Positions 58,920-64,000 of a stretch of 64,000 nucleotides of DNA are shown here, piece after piece. The notes under the pieces were generated by a model. That model was not told where the DNA came from and did no database searches. It saw only the letters and a list, made by a program, of their open reading frames with translations. This DNA is from Octopus vulgaris. Lineage: Eukaryota. Made by a program: the position numbers and the translations under genes. The stretch covers positions 19,158,001-19,222,000 of the forward strand of contig OX597836.1 of NCBI GenBank assembly GCA_951406725.2, written 5' to 3'. Every line of letters starts with the position of its first letter. Positions within the stretch are counted from its first letter, which is position 1.

Positions 58920-59375
58920 AAAGACTCTACTCCCTGGAGGTATGTAGTAATATATATCTGGAAGATCCTGGAAGGAATTGTGCCAAATTTTGGCATTGAA
59001 AGCTACACCAATGCTAGAACGGGACGACACTGCATAGTGCCAAAGATACCAGCAATGACATCACGCTTCAGGACCAGCTACTATAACAGCCTGGGTTTCA
59101 AGGGCCCACAGCTTTTTAATATTCTCCCAAAGAGTCTGAGAAACTTGCACAAAGTAGATGTAGCGGTTTTTAAATCAAAGCTGGACCTCTTCCTGTCGAG
59201 AGTCCCAGATGAACCTACCTCACGGCAAGAGGTGCAAATGAGGGTAGCTATATCAAACTCCATTCTTCACCGAATGTCACATATTAGAGGAGGCTCTTAG
59301 TAATAACAGTGTAGCACAAAACGGTGGTGCATCAGCATGGCCGCAGCTCTGAGCTGAAACTTTAAAAAAATTAAA
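58920..59375 (+). mobile_element. CR1/L2-group LINE 3' fragment (same family as 49300)
   Basis: [30 protein letters not shown]. Confidence 0.7.
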
Positions 59376-59758
59376 AAACCGTTTTATCAAAGCCGTTCTA
59401 GTCGAGGTTATTACATCTTTTTTTAATCCTTTCGGTCATTATACATTTAGCACTATATCATATCTAGGCTATCTTTCGTTTCTAATGTGTCTTTCGTTCG
59501 GGAGGGATTTGGGGTTACTACTTTTCGCAAGTTCTATGACCAAACAGAAGCTGCCCTCGTTGTTGTTGTTGTTGTTTAGCCCCAAATTCACCCGAGTCCT
59601 TAAAAGAGGGCCATTCCGGCCAAAACAACTGTCATTTCGGTTTTACATTTAAATTCAGAATCGCTTCGATGACCTGTGCATAAATAAAACAGTTAACAAC
59701 CTATGTCGACTCCATTCCATTTCATACCAAGAAAATATGGTATAATTTAAGGAAGATT

Positions 59759-60203
59759 TGGCAATCTTTCGTCTCTAGTAGACCTTTCCGTCGATTTCCG
59801 TAAAATTTTTTTTTTTTTTACATATGGGCTTGCGGGAACTTTTGAAGTAATGAGAGCGAAAGACACAAAGAGAAAGCGATTGTATGACGAGGGAAGTTCT
59901 TTTGAAGTTACCGTGCATGGAAAGCATTGATGTACATGTGTGTGTGTGTGTGTGTGTGCGTGCGTGTGTTTGATGGGGCGTGGGAGACAGACAGTATGTT
60001 GTGTAAGTGAAGTGCTTCTGTTAGTATGTGTGAAGAGACAGAGTAATGTGTGAAAGAAAGAGATAACTGAATTTTTTTACTCGGTGTATGTGTATATGTA
60101 TGTATATTACTTCAAAAGTTCCCGCAAGCCCATATGTAAAAAAAAAAAAAAGTTTTTTTTACGGAAATCGACGGAAAAGTCTACTAGAGACGAAAGATCG
60201 CCA
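59759..60203. mobile_element. MITE/fold-back element with ~90-bp inverted termini
   Basis: tctttcgtctctagtagac..cttgcgggaacttttgaagtaat is mirrored at ~60106-60203. Confidence 0.75.
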
Positions 60204-60284
60204 CAACGGCGCAACAGAAAGAAAAATTTGAAACGAGGAGAAATTTAACCAAAAATAAATAACGAAATAGATAAATAAACTTAC

Positions 60285-60540
60285 TTCCTCTCGTCCCAGA
60301 ATATGGGTATATGTATATATATGTGGTGTGAGGGCGTATACTTTGTATATATATGTATATATATATGTATATCAGTGGATTAAGGTCCTCGGGTTTGCGA
60401 GACCCGATTCTTTGGCTGAAGTTCTTCACAAACAAAATTGAATTTTGACGCTAATGATAGTTCGAGTTACTTTTTCTTAGCTTGTAGTTTCGTAAATGGT
60501 AATTAGTAACGAAGTTTTAAAGATTTAATTAAGTAAGGAA
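60285..60540. promoter_or_regulatory. Candidate bidirectional promoter / non-coding first exons of MAD1L1 (-) and the Tigger-derived gene (+)
   Basis: MAD1L1 coding exon 1 is preceded by an acceptor, so an upstream exon is required. There is a minus-strand donor gaa|gtaagt at 60284 and plus-strand gtaag donors near 60533 and 60868. CpG is relatively retained in this unique sequence between divergent genes. Transcription start sites are not visible. Confidence 0.4.
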
Positions 60541-60693
60541 ATTTAAAATTATATTTAAAAAAGCTGATATGTCCTGTGTTGTGGTAGTTTCTTTAGAGTT
60601 ATGATAGATTTATTTAGAATTGAAATTTCATAATATTTATGTCGTTAAAAAAGCTCTGTGCATATATATATATGTATATGTATATATGTATAT

Positions 60694-60730
<37 letters not shown>

Positions 60731-61014
60731 ATTTAGAATATTATACTGGTATTTGTAAAAATTTTTATAAATAAAGATAGGTTTTTCTCCTACTTTTTTT
60801 CCGTTTTTCAATATTTACGGGGGAAAAATTATTCTGGTAGCTTTATTTTTTTTTTTTTTTGAAAGATGTAAGCGACACACCTACAACCGCGAAATGTAAT
60901 GTTCCTAACATCGCTTCAGAAGGTGAATTAATTTATAATTAATAATATTCGAGTAAACATAATAAACACAAGAGTTATTAATACTTAATATAAAAAATCT
61001 GTTTACACGAAAAG

Positions 61015-61070
61015 ATCCCTCGCGTTACGGAAATTCATATTACGGAAGTTCCGCACTTACGGTAATTGTG
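61015..61070 (+). mobile_element. Degenerate Tigger-like 5' terminal/subterminal region
   Basis: gatccctcgcgttacgg followed by repeated ttacgg motifs upstream of the transposase ORF; no matching 3' TIR recognised. Confidence 0.35.
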
Positions 61071-61295
61071 AAGTATAACAACTAATTTCGGGATACGAAC
61101 CGAAACTTCACGCCAACGGTAACTCGGGTAAATTCTAACTATTTTGATAATAACTTAAATCACAATATAAATGTCAAAGTATTTCTTTTTTCTTGTTAGA
61201 AGTAATATATATTTCTTGTGGATTTCTTGACTGCCTCTGCTGCAGTTTGAATTTAACTTTACAAACGTATAGTGAAGCCGTTACGCTTGTTCAAG

Positions 61296-63125
61296 ATGAC
61301 AGGAAAGAGACCATCAAATGAAAGCCAAAGCAGTAGTGTAAAAAGGAGTCGGAAGGGGATTACATTGGACGTTAAGCTTGATATCTTACGTAGATTTGAT
61401 GCAGGAGAAAAACTAAGTCACATAGCAAAATCGTTAAAGCTTGCAGCATCTACAGTAGGAACAATACGCGACAATAAAGACAAAATTAGGAAAATTGCTC
61501 AAGCAACCACTCCTTTAACTGCCCGGACGTTGTTTTTCCATAGATCTGATGTAATGCTGAAGATGGAACGGCTCCTAAGTGTGTGGATCAATGAACAGAC
61601 CAAACACAATGTGCCAATAAGTGCTGTGGTCATTCAGGCGAAAGCAAAAACTTTGTATGAACATTTGCAAGAAAAGGAAGGTGCAACTTCTGTTGTGAAG
61701 CCTTTCCTTGCTAGTAAAGGCTGGTTTGAAAGGTTTAAAAAACGTTTTAAATTGCACAAAATAAAAATGAGCAATGGAGCTGACAGTATTGGCACCAATA
61801 TTGATATATGTGCTAATATAGAAGACACAATGGCAAATACCGAAGATGATGTATATGACGATATAGAGGCTGATACAGAGGTTAATATAGATGATAGTAC
61901 AGAGACTAATATAAAAATTCATTTAGAAGACAGTACTGAAGATACAAAAATTCATATAGAAGCTAATGCAGGGGCTGATATGGTAGCTAATACTAGTTAT
62001 ATTGAGAAACTAAAGAAGATGATTGTTGAAGGAGGCTACACACCAGAACAAGTGTACAATGTTGATGAAACTGGACTTTTCTGGAAGCGGATGCCTACTG
62101 GGACTTTTATTTCCAATGAAGAAAAATCAGCACCAGGCTTTAAAGTTTCCAAAGATCGCCTGACACTTCTTGTGGGAGGAAATGCTGCTGGTAACATGAA
62201 ATTAAAGCCCCTACTTGTGTATCACTCTGAAAACCCAAAAGCTTTCAAGGGTTATGCTAAGTCTAATCTACCTGTAATATGGCGTTCAAATAAGAAGGCT
62301 TGGATGACTACAAGCCTTTTCCAAGACTGGTTTACAAACTTCTTTTGCCCTGCTATAGAAATCTACAGTGCAAAGCGTAATATTTCCAACAAGGCATTGC
62401 TACTTTTAGACAATGCACCAAGCCACCCTGTGAACTTAAATGATCTTTCTGATAATGTGAGGGTGGAATTTATTCCCAAGAACACAGCTTCTTTACTCCA
62501 GCCAATGGATCAAGGTGTGGTAGCTCTCTTCAAAGCATATTACCACAGAAGGATTTTTAAACAACTCATAAAAGCCATTGATGGTGAGGATAAAACTACA
62601 GTTAGAGACTATTGGGCAAAGTTTAACATTATGAATGCCGTAGATAATATAGCTGAGTCATGGAATGAAATAAAACTTTCAACAATGAACAGTGTTTGGA
62701 AAAACATATGGCCAGACTGTGTCCGTGACTTTACAGATTTTCCACCGGTAGAAAGTCTACATCAAGTTCAGCAGGACATTGTGACACTTGCAAATAGTGC
62801 AGGCTTTGAAGAAGTCAAAGAAAATGATGTGATTGAGTTATTGGAGTCCCATGGAGAAAGCTTGTCTAACGAGGAGCTGCTGCTGTTGGAACACGACCGA
62901 GCTGCAGAAGAAGAAGAGGAAGATCTAGAAGCTGCCTCCACCCAGCTTCAGTTGAATGTCGACCATTTGGCTACAGGGTTGGCGCTTATACAGGAAGGTC
63001 TCCAGATCTTTGCTGATAACGACCCCAATCGTGAACGCAACATCAAAGTTATAAGAGGAGTTCATAATGAGCTCAGATCCTACATTGAACTGTACAAAGA
63101 AAAGTTACGCCATTATTCCCAATAA
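61296..63125 (+). CDS. Tigger/pogo transposase-derived protein (TIGD1-like; CENP-B-type HTH domains + DDE_1), 609 aa
   Basis: Uninterrupted ORF with RKGITLDVKLDIL (psq-type HTH), FLASKGWFERFKKR (CENP-B HTH) and catalytic motifs YNVDETG, LLDNA, LQPMDQG (DD32D spacing by my count). Confidence 0.92.
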   Translation: MTGKRPSNESQSSSVKRSRKGITLDVKLDILRRFDAGEKLSHIAKSLKLAASTVGTIRDNKDKIRKIAQATTPLTARTLFFHRSDVMLKMERLLSVWINEQTKHNVPISAVVIQAKAKTLYEHLQEKEGATSVVKPFLASKGWFERFKKRFKLHKIKMSNGADSIGTNIDICANIEDTMANTEDDVYDDIEADTEVNIDDSTETNIKIHLEDSTEDTKIHIEANAGADMVANTSYIEKLKKMIVEGGYTPEQVYNVDETGLFWKRMPTGTFISNEEKSAPGFKVSKDRLTLLVGGNAAGNMKLKPLLVYHSENPKAFKGYAKSNLPVIWRSNKKAWMTTSLFQDWFTNFFCPAIEIYSAKRNISNKALLLLDNAPSHPVNLNDLSDNVRVEFIPKNTASLLQPMDQGVVALFKAYYHRRIFKQLIKAIDGEDKTTVRDYWAKFNIMNAVDNIAESWNEIKLSTMNSVWKNIWPDCVRDFTDFPPVESLHQVQQDIVTLANSAGFEEVKENDVIELLESHGESLSNEELLLLEHDRAAEEEEEDLEAASTQLQLNVDHLATGLALIQEGLQIFADNDPNRERNIKVIRGVHNELRSYIELYKEKLRHYSQ

Positions 63126-63662
63126 CTTCCATTGCATCATCTTTTACCATGCAGCAGCAAAAATTTTTTCTGGTGAGTACATCTAACAGTTATATTTATT
63201 TGTTGTCCTCCTCATTCTTTACTGTAGTCACACTCAATGAGTCACACTCAATGTAGTCACACTCAATGAGATTAATCTTGTGAGTTGCATAGTTTGTTCA
63301 TTCTCGAGCCATGCCTGGCTCATAAGGGCCGGTTTCCTGGTTTCTTGGCGTATAGGTTCCCCACCTGGACGGGACGCCGGTGCATCGCAGGTGAGCTGCA
63401 AGATGCAGGAGGAAAGAGTGAGTGAAAGTTGTGGCGAAAGAGTCAGCAGAAGTTTCGCCATTACCTTCTGCCGGAGCCATGTGGAGCTTAGGTGTTTCGC
63501 TCATAAACACACACATCGTCCGGTCTGAGATTCGAACCCGCGGTCCCTCGACCGCGAGTCCGCTGCTCTAACCACTAGGCCATGTGCCTCCACACAGTTG
63601 CATGGTGACCTCATTAGTACTGGTGCCTTGAAAAAAACAGCATCCTGTATATGCTGTATAAT

Positions 63663-63895
63663 GGCGGCAAGCTGGCAGAATCGTTAGCACGCCAGACAAA
63701 CTGCTTAGCGGTATTTCGTCTGCCGTTATGTTCTGAGTTCAAATTCCGCCGAGGTCGACTTTGCCTTTCATCCTTTCGGGGTCGATAAATTAAGTACCAG
63801 TTACGCACTGGGGTCGATGTAATCGACTTAATCCGTTTGTCTGTCCTTGTTTGTCCCCTCTGTGTTTAGCCCCTTGTGGGTAGTTAAGAAATAGG
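63663..63895 (+). mobile_element. tRNA-derived SINE family C (others at ~18822-19050, 35565-35790, 37610-38010, 43205-43438, 50855-51430)
   Basis: ggcggc..gctggcagaa..gttagc..gagttcaaattccgccgagg..aagtaccagttacgcactgggg, multi-copy. Confidence 0.8.
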
Positions 63896-64000
63896 CATTA
63901 GGAAGAGTACCCAGTCAGAAACCATACCAAAGCAGACATTGAAATTCAATGCAGTCCTCCACCTTGCTAGATCCTGTCAAACTTTCCAACCCATGTCAAC

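Overview
AT-rich, intron-containing animal DNA. The very long (TA)n/(TACA)n arrays and SINE families suggest Octopus or another cephalopod (inference). Three protein-coding genes are supported. (1) MAD1L1 on the minus strand: 16 coding exons with consistent splice phases, 35292-57728, about 734 aa. (2) An intact Tigger/pogo (CENP-B-like) transposase-derived ORF at 61296-63125, head-to-head with MAD1L1. (3) A small 3-exon minus-strand gene at 5004-8219 that I do not recognise; it encodes a 141-aa protein with a signal peptide and a GPI-anchor-like tail. The rest is microsatellite, SINEs, decayed LINEs (R4/Dong, RTE, CR1/L2, Tx1, CRE-like), Tc1/mariner remnants, MITEs and a non-autonomous Helitron. 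The most striking non-coding signal is more than a dozen minimal type I hammerhead-ribozyme motifs from several unrelated sequence families. They lie in short, often fold-back repeats next to (TA)n tracts, in the style of Penelope-like elements or retrozymes, and several are inside MAD1L1 introns. All calls were made by eye; no searches or folding programs were run.
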